From: a virus
Taxonomy: Duplodnaviria; Caudoviricetes
Length of the DNA: 64,000 nt
IMG/VR virus record: IMGVR_UViG_2974623408_000001
Span: 58,564 to 122,563 of that record
Strand: one strand, 5' to 3'
Shown piece after piece: positions 18,611 to 26,067 of this stretch. The position numbers were made by a program, and so were the translations under genes. The stretch's first letter is position 1, and each line of letters starts with the position of its first letter. A model generated the notes under the pieces. It was not told the origin of the DNA. It did not search any database and saw only the letters and a list, made by a program, of their open reading frames with translations.

Positions 18611-18688
18611 TACCAGCGACGGGACTCGAACCCGCGACGTACCCTCCTTGAAAGGGAGGTTGCCCCTTACCGTCAGAGCAACGCTGGC
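18611..18688 (-). tRNA. tRNA-Glu(TTC)
   Basis: Cloverleaf; CCTCC-CTTTCAA-GGAGG. Confidence 0.85.
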
Positions 18689-18689
18689 C

Positions 18690-18764
18690 TGGCACGGACG
18701 TGAGGAATCGAACCCCAGACATGTGGCTTTGGAGACCACCGTTCTACCACTGAACTACGTCCGC
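18690..18764 (-). tRNA. tRNA-Trp(CCA)
   Basis: Cloverleaf; GTGGT-CTCCAAA-GCCAC; CCA encoded. Confidence 0.92.
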
Positions 18765-18843
18765 TTGGAGCCGTTCGGTAACAGCGTCGTACGTACTGAA
18801 ACCTGGGTGGCGAGCCCTTGCACACATCGTCATGTGTGTGACG

Positions 18844-18918
18844 TACCCCGTATCGGACTTGAACCGATGACCCGCTGTTTAAGAGACAGCTGCTCTAAAC
18901 CATCTGAGCTAACGAGGC
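18844..18918 (-). tRNA. tRNA-Lys(CTT)
   Basis: Cloverleaf; GCTGT-CTCTTAA-ACAGC. Confidence 0.92.
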
Positions 18919-18942
18919 TTGGTGTATTTCGTTGTTGATACC

Positions 18943-18975
18943 ATCATGACACGGGTCGAGTAGGTTGTCAACCCC
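18943..18975 (-). promoter_or_regulatory. SigA-like promoter inside the tRNA island
   Basis: GGGG-TTGACA-17 nt-CATGAT. Confidence 0.6.
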
Positions 18976-19153
18976 TATTCAGAATTTAATCTGGCTCGTT
19001 CCTTGACGGCACCCTGACCTGTACCGAGACGTTCATCCAGCACAGCGATCTGTTCCTCGTTCGTACGCTCGGCACGTTTCTTTTGGTAGTACTCTGCGTT
19101 GGCTTGTCGGAATCTCTTAGCTGGGTCTGGCATGTAATCTCCTTGTCTAATGT

Positions 19154-19228
19154 TGGACGCCGGTGCGGGAGTCGAACCCGCCTAAACTGGTTTGCAATCA
19201 GTCACCTTTGCCGCTCGGACAACCGGCG
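19154..19228 (-). tRNA. tRNA-Cys(GCA)
   Basis: Cloverleaf; loop TTGCAAA; U73 and CCA. Confidence 0.9.
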
Positions 19229-19278
19229 TGAGGGCAGACTATTATTCTCATCCCGCCTGCCATGGGACATGTTCAATA

Positions 19279-19983
19279 TTACTGCAACGGAGTGAAGTTT
19301 ACAACACCCTGAGGTGCTGCGTCAGCCAGGATGTTTCCGATCGCTGAGAAACGACTAGGAAGCATCGCACTAGTCACCCCTATCAATCCTGCGGATGATC
19401 TGTTCGGTAACGGAGCGTCGTACACAGCGCCACCGGAGTCACCTGGTAGAACAGGTGTTGTTCCTTCGAACGGGCTACCTGTTCGCGTGACGAAACCGCA
19501 TGTCTCTCGTGAGATCTGACCGAACTTGCAGAAATGCCACAGGAATCGTGGAGCCTGACCGATTCGGTTGATCGCAACACCATTGGGTGTCTTGTTGCTG
19601 ACAGCTACCCCGTCAACGATCTCGAAGAACGCGCCGTCACGACTGATGTTCTGCGGAGACTTGGTGTAGATGTCAGGAAATCCCGTTGGCTTCGTGACGA
19701 AGTGACCCACGGTGACACCTGATACCTGTACCACGCCGTTGTCTGGGTTGTCAGCCTGGATACAATGACCCGCGGTGAGACCAAGTAGTCGTCCGCTGGC
19801 GTCGTGTCCAATTGCAGCGATGCTGCAGATTGTTCCTCCGCCGGTCAACCCACCGTCAATTTCGATACCCATTCCAGGTCGAAGTGTCGGTGGAGCAGCT
19901 GATGCCGAGGCTGGCATCAGGAAAAACAGCATACTGAATACGATTGATAGAACTACTAGGATGCGTTTCACATTAAACTCCAA
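19279..19983 (-). CDS. Secreted S1 (chymotrypsin-like) serine protease
   Basis: Signal peptide ending ASA; TAGHC, D, GDSGG catalytic triad motifs. Confidence 0.9.
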   Translation of the reverse strand: MEFNVKRILVVLSIVFSMLFFLMPASASAAPPTLRPGMGIEIDGGLTGGGTICSIAAIGHDASGRLLGLTAGHCIQADNPDNGVVQVSGVTVGHFVTKPTGFPDIYTKSPQNISRDGAFFEIVDGVAVSNKTPNGVAINRIGQAPRFLWHFCKFGQISRETCGFVTRTGSPFEGTTPVLPGDSGGAVYDAPLPNRSSAGLIGVTSAMLPSRFSAIGNILADAAPQGVVNFTPLQ

Positions 19984-20019
19984 GTGCGATAGTGAATTGC
20001 ATCACCAATCGTACACGCG

Positions 20020-20105
20020 CGGAGAAAGCAGGGGTCGAACCTGATGCCCTTTCGGGCACAGCCGGTTTAGCAAACCGGTGCTACAACCGTGTAGCTTCAT
20101 TCTCC
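20020..20105 (-). tRNA. tRNA-Ser(GCT)
   Basis: Cloverleaf with long variable arm. Confidence 0.88.
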
Positions 20106-20108
20106 AAG

Positions 20109-20189
20109 TGCTCCTGGTGGGAGTCGAACCCACAAGCCCGAAGGCTACCGATTTTAAGTCGGCTGCGTATGCCATTCCGCCACAGAAGC
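20109..20189 (-). tRNA. tRNA-Leu(TAA)
   Basis: Cloverleaf with variable arm AGCC-TTCG-GGCT. Confidence 0.92.
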
Positions 20190-20580
20190 CTTGCATCTAC
20201 GTGTCGACGGCGTTCCCGATGATGTATAGGGACGCGAGGATACCGATCACCGCGAAACACACACCGAACCAGCCCCAACCGGTGTTACTTCCTCCGTCGA
20301 GTATTGTCGAAATGTTCCACAGTAATGTTCCTGTGTTCGCCAGCAAACAAATGACTCCGAACAACAACCACATGTCAATCTCCTCTTATCTTGTCGTCAT
20401 GCTTGTCACATATCCAGTGCCAGAACGAATGATTATTCGTGTCATGCACGTCCCCATTTTCATCCATGCGTGTCTGATAACTCAGATCAAACACCTCATG
20501 TGCGATGGTGTCGATCACGCACCATGGTGACCACCATCCGCAACAGAAAAAGAAGGGAGGTGTTAACTTTGAGAGCATAT

Positions 20581-21030
20581 TCATTCAGTATCCATGTAAA
20601 GATAATGATCGCGAAGTCGACGTTCGACCTTACGAATTCTGTCGTTGGAATCGAACCATTCGACCATCGTGCCGAACGTGCATACGGCAGCAATGATCGT
20701 GAGAATCACCAGACCGAGACACATGCCAAACACGGTGTCACCTTTGTCCACCGATGCAGAATCACCGTAGCCCTCGAATCCCCACGAGATTACCGTGTAC
20801 CAGAGAAAAATCACTGTGATGGAGAAAGCAGTACTGAGTCCACTCAAACTCTTCCACAGTCGTCGGTAACGTCTCAGGTCATCCAGCTCATCCTGGATTC
20901 CCTGTTCCACGCGTGCGTTGGCGAGTGTCTTGCGTGTGTCCATGTCAAGTGCTTTCATAGGTTTCGGGGTACGCTTAAACTTCTTCTGGAGGTGTCGGAA
21001 CATCTCCTCGTCGAGGTCTTCTATACCCAT
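20581..21030 (-). CDS. Two-TM membrane protein
   Basis: Two hydrophobic segments; RBS-like AGGAAGAG. Confidence 0.6.
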   Translation of the reverse strand: MGIEDLDEEMFRHLQKKFKRTPKPMKALDMDTRKTLANARVEQGIQDELDDLRRYRRLWKSLSGLSTAFSITVIFLWYTVISWGFEGYGDSASVDKGDTVFGMCLGLVILTIIAAVCTFGTMVEWFDSNDRIRKVERRLRDHYLYMDTE

Positions 21031-21457
21031 GACTCTTCCTGTATGGTGCTTCAGGTCGGTAACCCTTACGGTACACTCTGGAGTGATCCACAGTCAATGG
21101 TACTCGGTGGTATTCTTTCCACGCACCGTAGGCGTTCGCGTCGATCTCTTCTTTGCGACCCCAGAATGTCCAGTCACCGTGCTTGCCGCAGTACTTACAA
21201 GCCCACTTGCGTTGCATGAAAAACGATGGTCGTTCCTCGAAGATTCGTTCGCCGTTCTCTTCACGAACACGGTGCGCTCTGCGGCTGACTCGCTCTTCGT
21301 GGACGAGAACCATCTCGTGGTTGCCACCCTTGTTTCGTTTGCACTTCTTGGAATCCCACCGGCGCTTGTGTTTGGCTTCCTCAGGGTCCATCTTAGCGTG
21401 TCGGAAGACCTTAGGATTTTTGTGATCCGGAAGCGTTGACGGTTCGTCCCAGCTCAT
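20975..21457 (-). CDS. Basic hypothetical protein with CxxC
   Basis: MSWDEP start preceded by AAGGAG RBS. Confidence 0.55.
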   Translation of the reverse strand: MSWDEPSTLPDHKNPKVFRHAKMDPEEAKHKRRWDSKKCKRNKGGNHEMVLVHEERVSRRAHRVREENGERIFEERPSFFMQRKWACKYCGKHGDWTFWGRKEEIDANAYGAWKEYHRVPLTVDHSRVYRKGYRPEAPYRKSHGYRRPRRGDVPTPPEEV

Positions 21458-21475
21458 GTGTACTCCTTCGTCGAG

Positions 21476-21549
21476 TAGTCCCGGTGGGATTCGAACCCAC
21501 AACATCTTCCTTTTGAGAGAAGCGCCTCTGCCGATTGGGCCACGGAACC
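21476..21549 (-). tRNA. tRNA-Leu(CAA), short variable loop
   Basis: CTTCT-CTCAAAA-GGAAG; class I architecture. Confidence 0.85.
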
Positions 21550-21619
21550 TTATAGAGACGAAAACTATTTGTATCAAACACGCGGTCGCCTCAATCGCGC
21601 TCTTCCTGCAGGAAATGTA

Positions 21620-21731
21620 GTGACGATGGTCGAGGATTTGAACCTCGGTTGAGATGAGCTGGCCAGCTGCATCTCAGTTCCCACGAACATCCACGGAGTC
21701 GAACCGCCACACGCGCCAGTGTCATCGTCAC
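21620..21731 (-). ncRNA. Non-canonical five-armed tRNA-like RNA
   Basis: 9-bp terminal stem GTGACGATG/CATCGTCAC, two TTCRA loops, two extra hairpins. Confidence 0.55.
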
Positions 21732-21733
21732 CG

Positions 21734-21816
21734 CGGAAGACGGAGGACTCGAACCCCGTGGCTTTCACACCACGCCCGCGTTCGAAACGGGCTGCGCTAC
21801 CTTACGCACGTCTTCC
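21734..21816 (-). tRNA. tRNA-Ser(CGA)
   Basis: Cloverleaf with long variable arm; G73. Confidence 0.85.
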
Positions 21817-21876
21817 TTCAGCGACCAGCTTTGTCTACGTGCCGAACCCATTAGGTACTGGTGCATGACGAACGCG

Positions 21877-21959
21877 CGGAGAATAGAGGAGTCGAACCCC
21901 CGGAATGTCTACCGTATGGCTGCGTTCAAAACAGCCTGCCCACCGTGGGCATATTCTCC
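21877..21959 (-). tRNA. tRNA-Ser(TGA)
   Basis: Cloverleaf; GCTGT-TTTGAAC-GCAGC; G73. Confidence 0.82.
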
Positions 21960-22008
21960 AGGAAAATGATCAGGCGCATACCGTAGCGCTATCCCGATCA
22001 TCGTGATG

Positions 22009-22079
22009 CTGCTCCACAAGGATTCGAACCTCGATAGCTGTATCCAAAGTACAGCGGCTTGCCATTAGCCGATGGAGCA
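22009..22079 (-). tRNA. tRNA-Gln(TTG)
   Basis: CTGTA-CTTTGGA-TACAG; U1-A72. Confidence 0.9.
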
Positions 22080-22156
22080 TGGGGTGAACGACGGGACTCG
22101 AACCCGCTAAACTCGGGATCACAACCCGAGGCTTCGACCACTTTAGCTTCGTCCAC
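22080..22156 (-). tRNA. tRNA-His(GTG)
   Basis: TCGGG-TTGTGAT-CCCGA; C73 and CCA. Confidence 0.92.
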
Positions 22157-22158
22157 AG

Positions 22159-22232
22159 TACCGCATACGGGGCTCGAACCCGTCGTCTCAAGATTGAGAA
22201 TCTTGCGTGTTAACCAACTACACTAATGCGGC
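22159..22232 (-). tRNA. tRNA-Glu(CTC)
   Basis: CAAGA-TTCTCAA-TCTTG. Confidence 0.92.
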
Positions 22233-22666
22233 TTGCTTTTCTTACGTCTCCACGTAGGAGTTTGTGCGTGACAGTTCGGACAGAGAATGCGTAGGTTCTC
22301 TAATCGATTGTCAGTGTTATCGCCATTGATGTGGTCGAGCTCTAATGGTGCTGGCTCACCGTTCCACTCAACGATACCACAACGCTCACACTTTGCTTCT
22401 TTGACACCATCTTCGATCAGTCTAGCTCTAAGGTTTTTTACAAACTTACCTTTAACGAGTGACTTCTCGATTGAACTTCGTGTCTTGTTTCCTTTGTTCC
22501 ATGATTGTCCAAGAAAATGAGTGTAGTTTATACGTTCACGATCAGCCACGATGCGAGCGTAACGCGCACGTGATTCGTGTCCTAACAATCTACCTACTTC
22601 GTTCCACGATTTCGACTGCGCAATGGCGTTGCGCAACTCGTCAAGCGTGTACGTTCTTGGCATCAT
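22223..22666 (-). CDS. HNH endonuclease
   Basis: CERC..LELDHINGDNTDNRLENLRILCPNCH; stop codon lies inside tRNA-Glu. Confidence 0.93.
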   Translation of the reverse strand: MMPRTYTLDELRNAIAQSKSWNEVGRLLGHESRARYARIVADRERINYTHFLGQSWNKGNKTRSSIEKSLVKGKFVKNLRARLIEDGVKEAKCERCGIVEWNGEPAPLELDHINGDNTDNRLENLRILCPNCHAQTPTWRRKKSKPH

Positions 22667-22670
22667 AGAG

Positions 22671-22745
22671 TGCTCCCGGAGAGATTCGAACTCGTCACTG
22701 TCACGGGCCTAAACCGTGTGCCTCTGCCAGTTGGGCTACGGAAGC
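22671..22745 (-). tRNA. tRNA-Leu(TAG), short variable loop
   Basis: CACGG-TTTAGGC-CCGTG; class I architecture. Confidence 0.85.
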
Positions 22746-22869
22746 TTGTTGGGAGTCCTCCCGAGGTCATATCCGGACCTCGGGAGGCGCTAAGTGTTGT
22801 GATACACGTTCCCAATAACGTGCGCTCATTCAAGAGCAGCATTTCCACATGACAGTCATTCACAACGAC

Positions 22870-23240
22870 AACACATTTAAGATCCACAGTCAGTTTAAAC
22901 GCGTGACTCGTTTTGCCATTAAACTATCCGGCCACGTGGAGGCCGGAGCAAGACTCGAACTTGCATGGGTCACGTAAGGTGCTGTGATCAGTCGATTTGC
23001 CATTTACTGTCGGTTGCTTGAGATTAGAGCGATAACTTCAATTTCATGTCTTGGCCGTTGCCTCTACCGTTGGGCTACCCCCGCATGTGGTGCAGGGGGC
23101 TGGATTCGAACCAGCACTGTACAGCGTTGACTCACATTGAGTTTCAATCTGAATCTCTGTGTGGCTATGGCCACACCATCCGGTGCTCAACCGGAAACTT
23201 GTGGGCAGACTATTTATGGTGCGCGGTCTGCCAGCGCGAC
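22870..23240 (-). ncRNA. Long ncRNA with two circularly permuted tRNA-like modules (22902-22974 and ~23048-23131); ends approximate
   Basis: Each module is T-arm (TTCGA), then a closed acceptor hairpin with CCA in the loop, then TA and a D-arm. Confidence 0.75.
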
Positions 23241-23244
23241 CCGA

Positions 23245-23979
23245 TCAGTCGGCGAAGACGAAGTCGACGATCTTCTCACCGACGTGCTTGTCCTCGATCT
23301 GATGCATGTTCGCTTCCTCGCGGGCGAACTTCACCGCTTCGCGGAGCTGCTCCACACGGTCGGCGTACTTCTTGACCGTGTCGGCCGGCAATGCACCGGA
23401 GAACTGAATGGTCGACCAGTAGCCGACGACGACGTCCTCGTGGAACAGCTGGACCTGTGCGGGATGCTTGTCCGTGGCCTCGGCGAGTACGTGGTTGCGT
23501 GGGACCTTCTTCGTACGAGTGGTCTCGGTGACGTCGGTCGCGTACACGCCCGTGTTGTCGTCGTAGGTCCACTTCATGGCCGGGTCGAGCTTGGGGAGCT
23601 TCGACACGAAGGTCGCGAGGTCTTCGAGCTGCTTCTCCAGGAAGAGCAGGTAGGTCACGGGAACACCGCTGGCGATGACCTCGGTACCGACCTTCACGTC
23701 GGCCTTGGCCTCGGTGTTGCCGACTTCCTTGGTGAGCACGACGTCGAACAGTCGCACGAGTGCGTCGTTCATCTCGCCGATGACCGTGTGTGCGTCCTTC
23801 TGGACGAGCGTGCGCTCCGATGGGAGCTTGTCACCGTCATCGTCCTTGGGCTTGTAGGTCCGGCTGATGCCCGACCACAGCGGCGACTTCTGGATGACGT
23901 GGTAGACGTCGGTCTTTCGGCGCTCGGTCTTGCTCTTGAGCCCCTTCTCGATCGCAACCAGCTGGTTGAGCAATGTCAT
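23245..23979 (-). CDS. Conserved coiled-coil hypothetical protein (recalled as the widespread DUF7873-like family)
   Basis: LNQLVAIEKG, GISRTYKPKDDDG, YLLFLEKQL, RTKKVPRNHV, EATDKHPAQV, VKFAREEAN; AAGGAG RBS. Confidence 0.85.
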   Translation of the reverse strand: MTLLNQLVAIEKGLKSKTERRKTDVYHVIQKSPLWSGISRTYKPKDDDGDKLPSERTLVQKDAHTVIGEMNDALVRLFDVVLTKEVGNTEAKADVKVGTEVIASGVPVTYLLFLEKQLEDLATFVSKLPKLDPAMKWTYDDNTGVYATDVTETTRTKKVPRNHVLAEATDKHPAQVQLFHEDVVVGYWSTIQFSGALPADTVKKYADRVEQLREAVKFAREEANMHQIEDKHVGEKIVDFVFAD

Positions 23980-24026
23980 GATTCTCCTTGTCTGAGTTTC
24001 AATGTGTTTCGTTGTGGTACATGTCA

Positions 24027-24055
24027 ATGATGACACACAGTGAATGTGATGTCAA
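24027..24055 (-). promoter_or_regulatory. SigA-like promoter for the 23245..23979 gene and its ncRNA
   Basis: TTGACA-17 nt-CATCAT. Confidence 0.55.
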
Positions 24056-24059
24056 CACG

Positions 24060-24134
24060 CGCTCCGAACGGGATTTGAACCCGCGATCCCTCGCTCGACA
24101 GGCGAGTGCTTTTGGCCAGCTAAGCTACCGGAGC
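24060..24134 (-). tRNA. tRNA-Asp(GTC)
   Basis: CTCGC-CTGTCGA-GCGAG; G73. Confidence 0.9.
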
Positions 24135-24167
24135 ATTGATGCGCAGGTCTTTGTAAGACCTGCAGCG

Positions 24168-24239
24168 TGGACCAGAGGGGAGTTGAACCCCCACCTAACT
24201 GCTTGCAAGGCAGCCGCTCTACCGTTAAGCTACCGGCCC
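24168..24239 (-). tRNA. tRNA-Ala(TGC)
   Basis: G3-U70 pair; loop CTTGCAA. Confidence 0.92.
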
Positions 24240-24321
24240 AGATACCTGACGAGTCTCTGTGTGTGCCGCACTATCGTCAGGGTTAGTCACTACCACGAAA
24301 GGGGTGATGGTAGTAACAACG

Positions 24322-24403
24322 TGTGCCGAACCGGAATCGAACCGATCCTGCGTGTAACGCAACGGGGTTACAGCCCGTCTGAACCACCAGGTTCTTCCGA
24401 CAC
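24322..24403 (-). tRNA. tRNA-Tyr(GTA), atypical D-arm
   Basis: ACGGG-CTGTAAC-CCCGT; variable arm TGCGT-TAC-ACGCA. Confidence 0.8.
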
Positions 24404-24405
24404 AA

Positions 24406-24889
24406 GGCGGGATACCGTTTCAGTAGGTCGTATCCCAGGTCACTACACAGTGACACACACACGAGGCTATTCCTCACCCGAGGGCTCGAAGCGTTCTGTT
24501 TCACACGCGGTCGGGGTCTTCAGTCACCTCGTACGACGCTGTTGCGTCTTGCCTGTGTGCAACTTGTTGTGAGTGTACAGGTACTCTCGCTTGGTTACAC
24601 GTGGTGGACATACACTGTCCGTTGGTGGCAGGGCTAGGCTGCGCTTGGTAGCAGCTTCACACTTACCCCTGTCGAGTGCATGTCGAGGACAATGGTCCCT
24701 TGGTCCAAGCACTAGCGATGCGTCTCCATTCGGAGCGCTGTTCGGTCCGCTCATAGCTTCACCTCCTTACGAATCGTAAGGAGCCTTAGCCTGTGTCGAT
24801 GTACTCCATGTGTCTGACCTTTCTTCCATTTGATGGACCCGCACTGCGTCTTGCTTTCATCCGGATTCAAACCGGCCATGCGGATCCCT
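24406..24889 (-). ncRNA. Large structured ncRNA candidate (ROOL/GOLLD-like)
   Basis: ~485 nt between tRNA-Pro and tRNA-Tyr, no credible ORF, several stems including GGATCCGCA/TGCGGGTCC and terminal GGGATAC/GTATCCC. Confidence 0.6.
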
Positions 24890-24890
24890 G

Positions 24891-24966
24891 TCGGGATGGA
24901 GGGATTTGAACCCCCGATATCCTGTACCCAAAACAGGTGCCTTAGTCCAAACTAGACGACATCCCG
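24891..24966 (-). tRNA. tRNA-Pro(TGG)
   Basis: CCTGT-TTTGGGT-ACAGG; C1-G72, A73. Confidence 0.92.
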
Positions 24967-25008
24967 TGGTGTGCTGCCCGTCTACCGATTAAGGCTAGGA
25001 CAGCAACG

Positions 25009-25082
25009 TGCAGATGGAAGTAATTGAAACTTCGACCTCGACTGTATCAGAGTCGCGCTCTAACCAACTGAGCTACATCTGC
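25009..25082 (-). tRNA. tRNA-Ile(GAT)
   Basis: CGACT-CTGATAC-AGTCG. Confidence 0.88.
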
Positions 25083-25591
25083 CTGCGTATGTTGCAATTA
25101 CCGCACGACAAAACCAAATTGTCAACTGCGTTGTCGCAACCGTTACCATTTAAATGATCCACAACTATCTTTCCGTGCAGCGATAAAGGCTCGCCGAATA
25201 ACCATGCGATGACGTCCCCGCACCAATAGCACTCGTGTGGTCCTTCTCCGTAATGATCGTACGCTACTTTAGTATGTTCACGTATCCAATAACCCGTAGG
25301 GTGAGCACCAGGATGCGTTCTAACTTCATAACCTACAACCATTTTGTATCCTCCAGCGTCATTCACATGTGTCGGATACGCGCATTCGTGACTACAAAAC
25401 CGAGACTTGCCACGATTCGCTGCAATCAACGTACCACATCGGTCGCAACAACGTTGGCGCGCAATTCGCTTAGCTTCTGTCCAAATTTCACGACAATCGG
25501 ACGAACAAATTGCTCGGTTGCCTTGTCGAGTAAAAGTCTTGTCACAGACTACACACTGGCGTTTCTTTCCTTCGCCACGTTTAGTTCCCAA
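25073..25591 (-). CDS. HNH endonuclease with N-terminal Cys-rich Zn modules
   Basis: CYWC..VDHLNGNGCDNAVDNLVLSCGNCN; stop codon lies inside tRNA-Ile. Confidence 0.88.
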   Translation of the reverse strand: MGTKRGEGKKRQCVVCDKTFTRQGNRAICSSDCREIWTEAKRIARQRCCDRCGTLIAANRGKSRFCSHECAYPTHVNDAGGYKMVVGYEVRTHPGAHPTGYWIREHTKVAYDHYGEGPHECYWCGDVIAWLFGEPLSLHGKIVVDHLNGNGCDNAVDNLVLSCGNCNIRRQM

Positions 25592-25608
25592 TGCTTTTAC
25601 CTTTCAAG

Positions 25609-25684
25609 TGGTGGCGGAGGTGGGATTCGAACCCACGGCCTCCAGGTTATGAGCCTGGCGAGCTACCGACTGCTCTACCCCGCA
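25609..25684 (-). tRNA. tRNA-Met(CAT), initiator-like
   Basis: 1-72 mismatch, AGCAGTCGGTAGCTCG D-arm, CAT anticodon, CCA. Confidence 0.85.
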
Positions 25685-25685
25685 G

Positions 25686-25757
25686 TGCTAATGGGTGGGA
25701 TCGAACCACCGACGACGCCCTTATGAGAGGCGCGCTCTACCACTGAGCTACACTAGC
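25686..25757 (-). tRNA. tRNA(CAT), elongator Met or Ile2
   Basis: CGCCT-CTCATAA-GGGCG. Confidence 0.88.
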
Positions 25758-25769
25758 TTATGTGTTGCG

Positions 25770-25843
25770 TGCTGGATCAAGGAATTGAACCTTGTCAGGA
25801 ACCTTATAAGAGTTCTTCCGTCATACCGTCCGGACCATCCAGC
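25770..25843 (-). tRNA. tRNA-Ile(TAT), atypical D-arm
   Basis: GAACT-CTTATAA-GGTTC; T-loop TTCAATT; A73. Confidence 0.7.
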
Positions 25844-25847
25844 AAAG

Positions 25848-25918
25848 CTACTCCACAAGGATTCGAACCTCGATTAACTGAGTCAGAGTCAGTCGTCTTG
25901 CCGTTAGACGATGGAGTA
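25848..25918 (-). tRNA. tRNA-Gln(CTG)
   Basis: ACTGA-CTCTGAC-TCAGT. Confidence 0.92.
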
Positions 25919-25992
25919 TTAAAGGAAACTGTTGAGCGAACACCAACAAGAGAAAGGAGACACCACATCAACCCTGCTCAACAGTTTCCTCG

Positions 25993-26066
25993 CACCCACG
26001 GAGAGATTCGAACTCCCGACAACACAGGTTCGTAGCCTGTTGCTCTATCCACTGAGCTACGCGGGT
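25993..26066 (-). tRNA. tRNA-Arg(ACG)
   Basis: ACAGG-CTACGAA-CCTGT. Confidence 0.92.
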
Positions 26067-26067
26067 A

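Noticed and set aside
21877-22745. Suppressor tRNAs (TGA, TAG and TAA anticodons)
   Set aside because: These anticodons read TCA (Ser), CTA (Leu) and TTA (Leu); no CTA, TCA or TTA suppressor anticodon was found.
22902-23131. Modules A and B read as halves of one intron-containing tRNA
   Set aside because: The 5' acceptor strand of module A (GCGGGGG) cannot pair with the 3' acceptor strand of module B (TCCGGCC); each pairs within its own module.
24241-24320. Possible hammerhead ribozyme (CTGACGA ... GAAA)
   Set aside because: Stems II and III cannot be formed convincingly; a plain CCTGACGA/TCGTCAGG hairpin explains the sequence.
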